32,000 nt of DNA from Promethearchaeota archaeon (GTDB taxonomy: Archaea; Asgardarchaeota; Lokiarchaeia; Sigyniarchaeales; Promethearchaeaceae), in NCBI GenBank assembly GCA_016933055.1, contig JAFGBS010000001.1:271550-303549 (forward strand), in the 5' to 3' direction. Each line of letters begins with the position of its first letter. Positions within the stretch are counted from its first letter, which is position 1. This document shows positions 17,802-29,660 of this stretch, in pieces. Position numbers and translations under genes: made by a program. A model generated the notes under the pieces. The model had not been told where the DNA came from. It saw only the letters and a list, made by a program, of their open reading frames with translations, and did not search any database.

Positions 17802-18722
17802 ATGATAGAATCAGAATCCCTATTACTCAATAAAAAAATTATCATTAATGGAGCCAGTAAGGGGATAGGAAGAGCTGTTGCCATAGGATTTGCAGAATTA
17901 GGTGCAACTGTTGGATTAATAAGCCGAAATGAGAAACTCTTAAAGGAAAATATCAAATTCATAAGATCCAAAGGTGGAACTGCATATTATCGTGTGGCAG
18001 ATGTTAGTAAATTTAACCAATTAAAAAATGCAATGGAAGGGTTAATTAAAGAAATGGGAGGAATAGATGTTCTAGTCAACAATGCAGGAATAGCTAAACC
18101 GCATTTTATACCTGAATCTGTGGAAGAGATCGATCAAATACTCGATATTAACTTGAAAGGCGTAATTTATGGAATTTATATAGCTCTACCCTATTTTCAA
18201 GATCAAAAGAAGGGATCTATAATCTCAACTAGTAGTGGATCGTCAATGATCAGTACATTGAAAATGATTAATAATAACGCTCTTTACGCAGCCTCTAAAG
18301 CAGGCATTAATCTATTTTCGTTTTCAATATCTCAAGAGTTATCAAAACGAATAAAAGTAAATGTGATACTACCCGGGTGGGTTCGTACAGATATTGTGGC
18401 TGTTGCCAGTAAAAATGCGATCGAGAATCTGGCCAAACATTTCGATGTCGCAGAGCCCGAAGACATTGTCCCGTTTTACACATATTATGCATCCGATGAA
18501 TCCAAAAGAGTTTCGGGTGCAATTGTGAATTTACCATTAATGAGAATGGCCGTCCGCTTTTTTAAGGAAAAATATCAAGGATCACTCGGTGATTGGAATG
18601 AAATGGGATATGCTCTAGAGAATTATAGTCGATCAATCCACCAGCATGTAAAGGATCACGTAAATCTAATGAAATTCTTGCTAACAGTGGATGCAAAAGG
18701 AGCAAGTATGATGCCGAGATAA
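17802..18722 (+). CDS. Short-chain dehydrogenase/reductase with C-terminal extension
   Basis: GASKGIG, NNAG, STSS, YAASK, PGWVRT. The basic residue in ISRN suggests NADP(H) preference. About 55 extra C-terminal residues. Confidence 0.9.
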   Translation: MIESESLLLNKKIIINGASKGIGRAVAIGFAELGATVGLISRNEKLLKENIKFIRSKGGTAYYRVADVSKFNQLKNAMEGLIKEMGGIDVLVNNAGIAKPHFIPESVEEIDQILDINLKGVIYGIYIALPYFQDQKKGSIISTSSGSSMISTLKMINNNALYAASKAGINLFSFSISQELSKRIKVNVILPGWVRTDIVAVASKNAIENLAKHFDVAEPEDIVPFYTYYASDESKRVSGAIVNLPLMRMAVRFFKEKYQGSLGDWNEMGYALENYSRSIHQHVKDHVNLMKFLLTVDAKGASMMPR

Positions 18723-19196
18723 AATTTTATACTCTGTTACCCTATACTTTATGGATTGCCCTCGTCCCCGGAGGATGAGGTAGGAGAAGAATGCATTCAA
18801 TCCGCCTCCTATAATCCCAGCGTAAAAAGCCGCATCAAATCACCACTTAATGACCTCTAATACAGTAAGGATGAAGACAATTGAAGCAATCACCGTGATC
18901 GCAAAGCCTGCCGCAGATGTGAGAAACATGAGATTGAACTTGTTTGTCCATTTTGATTCTGATTTGATTAGAGTTACTAAGGATTAGAAACTCGTTGTAA
19001 CAAATAATCCAGCAAGGGGTAGCATCCATAAAAAGGACCACCATACCATTTCGGAAAACATGTGTTGATATCGGTAGATATCATAATCATATGGTCGATA
19101 GATATACCATCCTCCAAAATCCGTAGCAAAGAATAAGACAAATGTTGTTATTGATAATCCCGCTACCAACCCTAGTAAAACTATCTCATTGATCAT
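18723..19196 (-). pseudogene. Four-TM membrane protein gene with two in-frame stops
   Basis: The frame from ATG 19196 stays hydrophobic through TAA (18984-18986) and TGA (18840-18842): ...LFVTTSF*SLVTLIK...FAITVIASIVFILTVLEVIKW*FDAAFYAGIIGGGLNAFFSYLILR. The original 3' end is uncertain. Confidence 0.65.
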
Positions 19197-19375
19197 TCAT
19201 TTAGTAGACTTTTGCTGTTCAGTCACAATATAATTGTCGTCACGCCAGCATATATATCATATACTAAAATCGATAATCTTTCCTAATGATACTGACAGTG
19301 GAGAGTAACTACTAAACGTACAGGATAGAATATAGATCTCAATACACAGATAGTTTTTATTATATCACCCAAATT

Positions 19376-21886
19376 TTGTATCTAGAGAAAATGCGAAAAC
19401 GAATTATCAACATTTTGTGTGCAGGAAAAATCTTTGCTCTAATTATTGTTGCTTATGAGACATTGTTTTTAATTATGTTTTCTCATCTAGTGGATTTTGA
19501 AACTGGAATTCAATTTCTAAGATTATTTCGGTATGAATCATTCATTCCAACAGGATTTGGACCATTTCTAGCATGGTTAACTCCTCATGTGTTGATTTTT
19601 ATCGTCGTTTTCGGATTTTTTTGGTGGGATTGGGGAGAGGTGCCCAAATATATTGCAATAGGAGCCGTGATTGTTCTTAGCATTATGAATTCCATTTGGT
19701 TTGCATCCCTACTTCCGTTTTTTATGTGGATATTTCTGATCTATCTTTTAATACGAGTTCCCCCCATAGCATTTCGGAAATTATTTTACTTTGCGATAAA
19801 GAGGAAGAATACACCGCTCAGAATTTTGACTAAACAAATTCCGAGTTGGACACAACTACTGGGAATCATTCTCATTTTGCCATTATTCATCCCCAGTATT
19901 CCCTATATCACGGGTTCCTTGGAACAACCCGAACCTTATATTTGGAATTTGGAATATCACGGTGGAAATTTTACTGAGCGAAAATTACTTGCAGGTAATG
20001 ATAGTTTAACCTATGCTCCTTCAAGTCCCAATACACAATTCATTAACGTCTATTTAGGAAATCCAGTTGTAGAATCACAAATCCTAGGAGGATTATATAA
20101 AATCTATGGGGAAGATGGGGGAGATTTTGAAATGAATAAAGTCCTCCGCCTTCTATATCTAAATAATGTTACCGACGTACTTACTAATGAAACCCGTACA
20201 CTAATTGAAGGAGCTCTTTTATACGGTAAATATTGGGTTGACCAACAGGGAGTCTCAAATGGATTATATTGGACGGAAAATCACCAGATTGGATATCATA
20301 CCGCTGAATTATTATCGGGACAGATGTTCCGGGCGAGAACATTTAATCGTACTTTAATGACAGGAGAAGAACATATTGCTCATGCAGAGTATATGATTAC
20401 CAAATGGATTGATTGGCGAGCCCGATTTGGCTTTAGCGAATACCATAGTAATGTCTATTATGACATTGATTTTCGTGCTTTACTTAATCTTGTAGATTTT
20501 GCGGAAAACGCAACTATAGCGAATAAAGCTGCTATGCTATTAGATTTGATGAATTTTGATTTTGCAAATAACTATTTCAAGGATATCTATGCAATAGCCC
20601 ATGGCCGATGTTATGGGGAATCCAAAGTTGCCACGGTTACGGGTAGCTTTCAAAATAGAGATAGCATCGCAGATGCTGTATGGTTATGGCTCGGTATTGG
20701 AGGTTATAATGGGTGGGGAATTAGTACCACCGAAGCATTCATCCTAACTAGTACATACCAACCCTCATCGATTTTGGAGAAGATAGCACAAGATGCGAAG
20801 GTTTTCAATGAACATAAAGACAGAAACGGTATGAATGTAGATGAGGGTGAATCCTATGGGATTGAATATAACGAAGAAGATATCATGTATTGGTGGGGAA
20901 TGACGAACTACCTAGGTTCGGAAATCATTGAAACCACTTTTGACTATGTCGAAAAATACGATATTGATCCTGCACTTGTGTTCGGACCAGGAGTGATGAA
21001 TTATACCAGATTTGCGGCAAATCTTCGAGCTTTATCTTTATCCGAGTTTTCTTTATTAATGAAGGAATTTACAGAGGGAATCGCCCAAGAAGCGGCTAAT
21101 TTATACACTTATCGTACGTCATATTACCAGTTATCTGGATTACAAGACTACCAAAAAGGAAAAAATAGCGTACAAGAGCATATATGGCAAGCATCTTTGT
21201 CCAATAATGCATATATATTTACTAATGCACCTGGAGGGTTGAACTGGAAGGGTGGTCCGTTCATGGGAGGGTGGATGCCGCGGGGTGTATTCCATAAGAA
21301 TATCGGTGTAATCCAATACGACCATCGTCATGAAATTATAGGAGGAAAATTACTCGCACAGTTAGCAGATGCGGGATTAAATATGTTCACTGGCAACCGC
21401 CCGAAAAATCATGCTTATTTTCCAAAATGGGCATTCGATCAAGTGGTTTCGAAAGGAAGATGGACATTTGGTTCTAAAGATGGTGGATATGTGGCTTTGT
21501 TCTCTAAAAATCCGACGTTCTGGGCATCAGATTATGAATTAACAGCTCTTGGGGAGAAAAATGTCTGGATCGTGGAAATGGGGAGCGAATCAGAATATGC
21601 TTCTTTTGCTGATTTCATACAGCAAATTTTGTCAGCCCAAATAGATATTAAATCTGCAAGAATAGGATTCACAGTAAGTTATGACTCCCCCTCCCAAGGA
21701 TTAGCTTCTGTGGGGTGGGAGGGAGATTTTATTGTTAATGGCACCGTAATGGATTTGGAATATGAACGCTTTGAGAACAAATATGTGAGTACTGCTGGTT
21801 TTAACTCATTGGAGACTATTATCGAGTTTAATGGAGAGAAATTAACGCTAAATTTTGCGAATAACACGCGATTATATGAACCATGA
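19376..21886 (+). CDS. Membrane-anchored extracellular protein, possibly a heparinase II/III-like polysaccharide lyase fold
   Basis: About 4-5 N-terminal TM helices, then a helical region (WTENHQIGYHTAE, FSEYHSNVYY, HGRCY) and a beta-rich C-terminus. Many N-x-S/T sequons. The start may be ATG 19391. The fold call is inference. Confidence 0.75.
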   Translation: MYLEKMRKRIINILCAGKIFALIIVAYETLFLIMFSHLVDFETGIQFLRLFRYESFIPTGFGPFLAWLTPHVLIFIVVFGFFWWDWGEVPKYIAIGAVIVLSIMNSIWFASLLPFFMWIFLIYLLIRVPPIAFRKLFYFAIKRKNTPLRILTKQIPSWTQLLGIILILPLFIPSIPYITGSLEQPEPYIWNLEYHGGNFTERKLLAGNDSLTYAPSSPNTQFINVYLGNPVVESQILGGLYKIYGEDGGDFEMNKVLRLLYLNNVTDVLTNETRTLIEGALLYGKYWVDQQGVSNGLYWTENHQIGYHTAELLSGQMFRARTFNRTLMTGEEHIAHAEYMITKWIDWRARFGFSEYHSNVYYDIDFRALLNLVDFAENATIANKAAMLLDLMNFDFANNYFKDIYAIAHGRCYGESKVATVTGSFQNRDSIADAVWLWLGIGGYNGWGISTTEAFILTSTYQPSSILEKIAQDAKVFNEHKDRNGMNVDEGESYGIEYNEEDIMYWWGMTNYLGSEIIETTFDYVEKYDIDPALVFGPGVMNYTRFAANLRALSLSEFSLLMKEFTEGIAQEAANLYTYRTSYYQLSGLQDYQKGKNSVQEHIWQASLSNNAYIFTNAPGGLNWKGGPFMGGWMPRGVFHKNIGVIQYDHRHEIIGGKLLAQLADAGLNMFTGNRPKNHAYFPKWAFDQVVSKGRWTFGSKDGGYVALFSKNPTFWASDYELTALGEKNVWIVEMGSESEYASFADFIQQILSAQIDIKSARIGFTVSYDSPSQGLASVGWEGDFIVNGTVMDLEYERFENKYVSTAGFNSLETIIEFNGEKLTLNFANNTRLYEP

Positions 21887-21913
21887 CCTAGCATTTTAGC
21901 ATATATCTTTTCG

Positions 21914-22849
21914 TTAAATCTGGGGGATATAGCTATATAACTTGTTGATATTTGGGGTAGGTATATTCGCTTTTTGAATTAAAATTTGAAATTCATCAGC
22001 TAATTTACGCATCTCGTCCACTCCATGCTCCACATGAGCTTTTAAAACAACATCGTACCATTTCCACTGAAACATTAATATGATTTTTCTTTTCAAGACT
22101 TCAAGATCTGCAATTTCTTGCTCAAAAGACTCCGGAAGAATCGGATACCTCAATTTTTTAAGAACTTCTACCCCTTCAATAACGGCTTGAACGGCTACTT
22201 CCATTTCTTCAGAGGATTCATGTAATTCCTTAGTCTGTTTTTTTAACATGTAATAAAGATTAGCGAGAGGACTCACCCATGCAATATGGGTTTTCAACCA
22301 AGAATCAATATTCTCTGAAATAATAACATTTAAACCCGCTTTCTCTAGTAAAAGTTTGATATCTTTAACACGGGGGGTTTTATCACCCGAAGTTTCCCCT
22401 AAATAGAATCGGGTTACTTTTGGATCAAAAACCACTTTCATTAAATGACCTTGTCGCATACCTCCTGCGCTAAAAAACCCTAAAAGAATCCGGTTTGGAT
22501 TGATTCGATCCTTATAATCTTCAATTGCTGTTCCATTGTTGCCAACAAATAGAATAGTTGCTGTGGTGGAAAAATTCGCTAAATCCGGTAAGATAGTATG
22601 AACTTGAGTTTTTTGCATAATAACAATAATTAAATCAAATTGAGTTTCCTTAGATAGCTTTTCCTTTATAGTCTCTATAGGCGTAGTAGTTATTGTTTCA
22701 CTGACAAGGTTTTCAATTACAATACCCTTTTCTTCAATCTCTCGTAACCGTTGACCGCGTGCCAATATAGAAACATCTGTTCCAGCGCGCTTCATCAAAC
22801 TTGCCAATAAACTTCCTAACACACCAGCACCATATACTAAAATTTTCAT
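21914..22849 (-). CDS. Ketopantoate-reductase (PanE/ApbA)-like oxidoreductase
   Basis: MKILVYGAGVLGS, LARG, FDLIIVIMQKTQV, FVGNN, WLKTH, DEM. Confidence 0.85.
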   Translation of the reverse strand: MKILVYGAGVLGSLLASLMKRAGTDVSILARGQRLREIEEKGIVIENLVSETITTTPIETIKEKLSKETQFDLIIVIMQKTQVHTILPDLANFSTTATILFVGNNGTAIEDYKDRINPNRILLGFFSAGGMRQGHLMKVVFDPKVTRFYLGETSGDKTPRVKDIKLLLEKAGLNVIISENIDSWLKTHIAWVSPLANLYYMLKKQTKELHESSEEMEVAVQAVIEGVEVLKKLRYPILPESFEQEIADLEVLKRKIILMFQWKWYDVVLKAHVEHGVDEMRKLADEFQILIQKANIPTPNINKLYSYIPQI

Positions 22850-22881
22850 AGAACTTTCCTACTTTTTATGATTTATATTCT

Positions 22882-24054
22882 TTATTTAATATCGATTGCG
22901 TAAACTTGCCGTCCATGAGCCCCCAATCCATCAAAACTTAATTGAGATCCATCCGGCTTCCAACGAGGATGAGGATCGCAACGGATATCCTCTTTAATAT
23001 GCTTAGGGTTTTCAAATTCAGCCACAATCAGTAGATCTTCTGCCTTCATATCAAAAATGTAAACAAATCGCTTATTTTTTACAATGTATGTGTCCGTAGC
23101 TAAGTACTTCTTATCTGGACTGAACACAGGATGTCCATTCCATGTTAATCGTTGCGGAGATATCGCATGAGATTCCCCATCGCGATCTTTGATCAGAACA
23201 TGGGAATAATTTGTTTCCTTTAAGTATTTCATAGTAACAATGAGAGTAGAGTTGCTATACCATCCAAAGTGAGAGAGTTGATTATTAAAATCCACTACCA
23301 GGTAAGGATCTGAACCGTCTGTATTCATCGTCCACATACTCGAAACAAGCATTTTATAAGAATTAGTAAAACGTGCAAGGAAGAAAAATCGATCATCTTC
23401 CGGTGAAAATCCCAGATGGTTGAACCAATAGTTTTGTCCTTTCAACAGTAAATCCTGTCCTTCCCGAGTAATTTTATTCTTATTCCAAATCTCATCAAAA
23501 CTTGCGATAAGGTCGGATTCTCCACTTTTTAAGTTCATTAAAAAAACTCCGTCATCTTCAGGATGCAAACCACCTGTGGCATAATCATACTCAGACGGAT
23601 AAGAGACAACTGGTCGATTTTTCCGTAAACGCGCAAAATTCACACATAATGCTAGATCTTTAGAATGGGCGATTGCGTTAATTGCACGGGGAAGTTTTCG
23701 TTCTTCTTCTGATTGGATGTCTATTATTCGAGAAAAAATTCCCTTGGGGTCGCAATCATTGAATACTATTTTATTATTAGGTTCAGAAGGTAGCCAGTGT
23801 AAAAGGCAACCTTGCTGAAAATTCCATCCTTGAGTTTCAGTTAGCACTCGGTAAGTTTCTTCTTTCAGATCTAGCAATATAATCCGAGCCTTATCACCCA
23901 TCGAGGGCATATGATCTTGGAAATCTGTTTCCAAGCATACAAAGTATCGTCCATTCTTTGACCATGGACTAGTCTCGTAATACCCAAAGAAATGATGGGG
24001 ATAATTGGGAGTTAACTGAATTGGATCCGAAAATTCCATAGTAAGTTTAAACAC
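22882..24054 (-). CDS. TolB-like beta-propeller, oligogalacturonate-lyase-like family
   Basis: HHFFGYYETSPWS, GWNFQQGC, WFNHLGFSP, SHFGW, GHPVFSPD, RCDPHPRW. The likely start is the ATG of MEFSDP, 5 codons in. Confidence 0.75.
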   Translation of the reverse strand: MFKLTMEFSDPIQLTPNYPHHFFGYYETSPWSKNGRYFVCLETDFQDHMPSMGDKARIILLDLKEETYRVLTETQGWNFQQGCLLHWLPSEPNNKIVFNDCDPKGIFSRIIDIQSEEERKLPRAINAIAHSKDLALCVNFARLRKNRPVVSYPSEYDYATGGLHPEDDGVFLMNLKSGESDLIASFDEIWNKNKITREGQDLLLKGQNYWFNHLGFSPEDDRFFFLARFTNSYKMLVSSMWTMNTDGSDPYLVVDFNNQLSHFGWYSNSTLIVTMKYLKETNYSHVLIKDRDGESHAISPQRLTWNGHPVFSPDKKYLATDTYIVKNKRFVYIFDMKAEDLLIVAEFENPKHIKEDIRCDPHPRWKPDGSQLSFDGLGAHGRQVYAIDIK

Positions 24055-24139
24055 CGTACCTAAAATAAATCATACCTTATGATTAAATCCCATTTTAATT
24101 CAATTCTAATGGAAAAAAGTAATTAAAAATGAAATAATA

Positions 24140-24349
24140 ATGGATTTATGGATACGACTGGCGATAAGTTTTAACGGAACAATCTTATTTATGTCTCTAT
24201 ATATTGAATTCTTAGCGGATTTATCAACACTTCGACATCCGGGATTAATGGGTTACAACATTATTTTTTGAATTGGTTTTGTTCCGTTAATCGTGGGACA
24301 ATTCTTCCACTGGCAAATTTTTCATGGAATACAATCCAATTTTGAATAA
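24140..24349 (+). pseudogene. Possible remnant of a small membrane protein gene
   Basis: 69-codon hydrophobic frame with one internal TGA (24269-24271): ...GYNIIF*IGFVPLIVGQFFHW. Confidence 0.3.
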
Positions 24350-24581
24350 TGGCTTCAATCTCTTATTCTTAAAATCAAAAATAGCAAAAAAAACAAAAAA
24401 GGTAAAGCTCCCACAAAATTAAGTGTATATTTTAGATTAATCAAAACCTAACCATGAGATCTATTTTTTTCCATACTTCATTGTAAAGGGATTGCATATT
24501 TTTTGCTCAGCATTGATAGATTTTTATGTACTTTAATTCCATTTATATTTAGCATCTTAAAACTGAAGTTAAGCGAGAACA

Positions 24582-27500
24582 ATGAGTGGAACTTTCAAAA
24601 TTATTCTAAACAAGGCGAAAAATTTTTTTAAGCACAAGAAAAAGGAAGTAATCGTCTATATTGGCATCACTATTTTAACAATTGGAGGTTTTCTGGGTGC
24701 TTTTTTTTCATTCTATGGTGTAATTAATCGTGGGGATTTTCAACCTCAGATATCTGAATATGGTCCTAAAATAAATCCCATTTTGACTCAAACTGAGTCG
24801 TATGAATTCTTTGTAAGCGCATTTGATCCAGAAGGAAAGAGTCTAAGTTTTAATTGGAAACTAGATGGAGCAGATCAAGGTGTACTAAGTAATTATTACA
24901 CCTATACTAGTGGTAAAGCCATCCCTGGAAAACACACAGTAGAAGTTGATATATCTGATGGACATAATACACAAACCCATGAATGGAACCTAACGATTCT
25001 TGATATCAATTTATTAGCTGATTTTAATGAAGAATCAGGAGATTCAGGAATTAAGAATCCATATAATTGGAACGGAACTCTCTTTTTTTCTTGCAATGAT
25101 GGAATTCATGGCATTGAGCTCTGGAAAAGCGATGGCACTGCTGAAGGTACGGTTTTAGTTAAAGATATCAATGAAGGTGATAGTTACAGCTCCTCTAATC
25201 CCAGTTTCTTTACGGAGATGGGAGGAAAATTATACTTCAGAGCGTATAATAGCAGTTTTGGATATGAATTATGGAGTACAGATGGTTCAGAGGAAGGTAC
25301 CTCTATAGTAGAGGATATGATACCAGGTCCTTCTTCTTTTGATCCATGGGAACTAGAAGCGTTAGATAACATTCTGTTATTCCGGGCTTCAAATTCAACT
25401 GTTGGTCTAGAGTTATGGGCATTGGAAGATGGCGGGAGTCCGTATCTTGTATATGATATCGCACCAGGAATAGGAGGATCTTATCCAAATTACTTAACTA
25501 GATATAAAAACGAAATTTACTTCTCTGCTACAAATGGAATAGGTGGACATGGGACGGAATTATGGAAAAGCAATGGTACAAAAGCAGGAACCGTAGAAGT
25601 TCGTGACATACGAGTTGGATCAATAGGTTCATATCCAAGATATCTAACTGTAATGAATGATAAGCTATTTTTCGTTGCTTCCAATAATTCAGACGATAAA
25701 GAATTATGGATTACGCAAGGTGATTTTAGTAGCACTCAGCGAGTCAAGGACATAAACCCTGGCTCTTTGGGTAGCAATCCAAACTTACTCACAGTCGTAA
25801 ATAATACACTTTTCTTTCGGGCTGATGATGGTACACATGGTAGTGAACTATGGATTTCTGATGGCAGCGAGGCAAATACAACTTTAGTAAAAGACATTTG
25901 GCCTGGATCACCCCATCCAAGTCTAAATTCTTTGGTTAATTATAAAGGACAGGCATATTTCCGCGCACATAATGGAGAACAGGATTATGGAATCGAGCTT
26001 TGGCGTAGCGACGGAACTGAAAGCGGAACTCAACGAATTGCGGATATAGATCAAACAGAAGGGTATGGGTCTTCCCCAGAGTATCTAACGGTCATAGGGA
26101 ACACACTTTATTTCAAAGCGACTAATATTACTGTGGGTTCTGAATTGTTCAAATATACCCCTGAAGAAGGAGTTAGACTCGTTGTAGATTTAGTATCAGG
26201 AGATGGTAGTTCGGATCCTAATTGGTTAATTGATGTCAATGGAACGCTATTTTTAGAGATGAGAGATGTATGCCAAGGAAGAGAACTGCGGAAATATGAT
26301 GAGTGTGCAGATTCTATTGTTCTCGTAAAAGATATAAACATAAACACGAAAAATTTTATCGATTCAGAAATAGAATCCTACCAATTCATTCAATTTACAG
26401 ATTACGTATATTTTGCAGCAAATGATCCCCTATTTGGAACAGAACTCTTTCGTACCGATGGGACCGTTCTTGGAACAACGTTAGTTTGTGATATAAATCC
26501 AGGTTATCGTGATAGTAATCCCGAATATTTTACGAAAGTAGGAAATAAATTATTATTTTCGGCTACAAACGTATTGAATGGCACGGAATTGTGGTGCTTG
26601 GAAGAGGGGGGCGATCCATATTTGTTGATCGATATTAATGAAATACCAACGGAAGGTTCGTATCCCTCCGATTTAGTTGCATACCAGAATAAAGCGTATT
26701 TTAATGCGTATACAGAGGATTTTGGAGTAGAAATTTATGTCACAGATGGAACAAAGTCAGGTACATATCGGATAGAAGATGTAAATGAAGGAACTGAAGA
26801 CTCTCATCCGACTCAATTTACAGGTATTGGAGAGTATGTTTATTTTGTTGCACAAAATGATATGTATGGTGAAGAAATTTGGAAAACAGACGGTCTAACA
26901 GTTCAGCTTGCTTCTGATATTGCTTTTGGCACAGATAGTTCTGATCCTGAAAACTTAGTGGCATTTGGAGGAAAATTATTTTTCACAGCAGAAGAGAACT
27001 CCCATGGATGCGAATTATATGTTTTAGACCCCTTTGATGATAATTATTCAATTTTCGACATAAATGATGGTTCAGATTCTTCTGAACCATACCAATTGAC
27101 AATTTGTGGAGACTATCTCTATTTTATTGCGTACAATAGCACCATAGGAGCTGAATTATTCAAAACTGACGGTGTTTCCATGGAGCTTGTATTGGATTTA
27201 AACAGCGGATCCAATGATGGCAATATTGAACATTTGATCGAAATGAATGGCATTCTGTATTTCAAAGCAGACAACCTGATTAACGGTTCAGAACTATGGA
27301 GATCTGATGGAACAGAAAGTGGCACATATATGTTAAAAGATATCTGGCCTAACAGCCCAAACTCCAATCCAACAAGATTTACAGTATTATACGACCATTT
27401 GTTTTTTATAGCGGAAGATGAAACAAACGGATTTCAACTCTGGAAAACAAATGGAGAAATGAAATATACTAGCATGGTTGAAGCACATTTTTCAGGAACT

Positions 27501-27599
27501 CTTGACGATATTGGGGTCGTATGGATAGGAATTAATGGCCATATTCTTATTTTAGGACAAGATGGGACACACGGTGAAGAAATTTACAGCGCTTCTTAA
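24582..27599 (+). CDS. Membrane-anchored ELWxxDGT-repeat beta-propeller surface protein with an Ig-like (PKD-like) stalk
   Basis: N-terminal TM helix, then an Ig-like segment (AFDPEG..LSFNWKLDG..HTVEVDISDG), then 18 repeats of about 48 aa with a GxELWxxDG-like core. Confidence 0.92.
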   Translation: MSGTFKIILNKAKNFFKHKKKEVIVYIGITILTIGGFLGAFFSFYGVINRGDFQPQISEYGPKINPILTQTESYEFFVSAFDPEGKSLSFNWKLDGADQGVLSNYYTYTSGKAIPGKHTVEVDISDGHNTQTHEWNLTILDINLLADFNEESGDSGIKNPYNWNGTLFFSCNDGIHGIELWKSDGTAEGTVLVKDINEGDSYSSSNPSFFTEMGGKLYFRAYNSSFGYELWSTDGSEEGTSIVEDMIPGPSSFDPWELEALDNILLFRASNSTVGLELWALEDGGSPYLVYDIAPGIGGSYPNYLTRYKNEIYFSATNGIGGHGTELWKSNGTKAGTVEVRDIRVGSIGSYPRYLTVMNDKLFFVASNNSDDKELWITQGDFSSTQRVKDINPGSLGSNPNLLTVVNNTLFFRADDGTHGSELWISDGSEANTTLVKDIWPGSPHPSLNSLVNYKGQAYFRAHNGEQDYGIELWRSDGTESGTQRIADIDQTEGYGSSPEYLTVIGNTLYFKATNITVGSELFKYTPEEGVRLVVDLVSGDGSSDPNWLIDVNGTLFLEMRDVCQGRELRKYDECADSIVLVKDININTKNFIDSEIESYQFIQFTDYVYFAANDPLFGTELFRTDGTVLGTTLVCDINPGYRDSNPEYFTKVGNKLLFSATNVLNGTELWCLEEGGDPYLLIDINEIPTEGSYPSDLVAYQNKAYFNAYTEDFGVEIYVTDGTKSGTYRIEDVNEGTEDSHPTQFTGIGEYVYFVAQNDMYGEEIWKTDGLTVQLASDIAFGTDSSDPENLVAFGGKLFFTAEENSHGCELYVLDPFDDNYSIFDINDGSDSSEPYQLTICGDYLYFIAYNSTIGAELFKTDGVSMELVLDLNSGSNDGNIEHLIEMNGILYFKADNLINGSELWRSDGTESGTYMLKDIWPNSPNSNPTRFTVLYDHLFFIAEDETNGFQLWKTNGEMKYTSMVEAHFSGTLDDIGVVWIGINGHILILGQDGTHGEEIYSAS

Positions 27600-27872
27600 C
27601 TATTTTATTATTTTTCACATCAAATTATTTATTTAAATGAATTTTGATTTCTTCTTTTTTTTCTTCCAACGATTTGGTCTTTTTTCTTCTTCAATTCGAT
27701 CTATTCTTGAAATTAGCCTTTATATAGAGAATAAAAGATTTGGTATAATTTCAACAAACTCATTTAACAGAAAAAAATTGGTTATCTAAGATTGGTTGTC
27801 ATAAATAGGATCCCAACGAGGAGTAAGAAATAGGCTTTAAGCTTCGGTTGAGTCTGATTTTGGTTCACCACA

Positions 27873-29258
<1,386 letters not shown>

Positions 29259-29660
29259 CTATATAACTCTTATCTAAGGTTAAAACCTAGTATAGATATA
29301 TATTTGGTATATTGAGTAAAAAACGAATAATCATAAAAAACGGGAATCAATCCAATTAGGACAATCCCCACAATTATTACGAGTGAAACTATAGTCAATT
29401 TTTTTGAAACCTTGTTTTCACACCTTTTTTTGATTTAGTAGATATGATTCTACTATTAAAAAAGCAGCAAATGGATTTATAAACAATTTAGCAATAGCCT
29501 TTTCCTTTTTTCGATAATAAATTTTTATTTACACGAGATTAAAATTAAATATCCGCAGAAAAAAAAAGTTCTCTATAGCTAGCAGTGTTTTTATTTTTTC
29601 TAGCATCAGTTCTTTTGGTTGGTTTTTGAGTAATTGGGTTGTGAAAAAAATTAGGAGGTT

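Noticed and set aside
24582-27599. CRISPR-like or DNA-level tandem array from the roughly 144-bp periodicity
   Set aside because: The periodicity is protein-level (ELWxxDGT repeats) with diverged codons. There are no identical DNA repeats with spacers.
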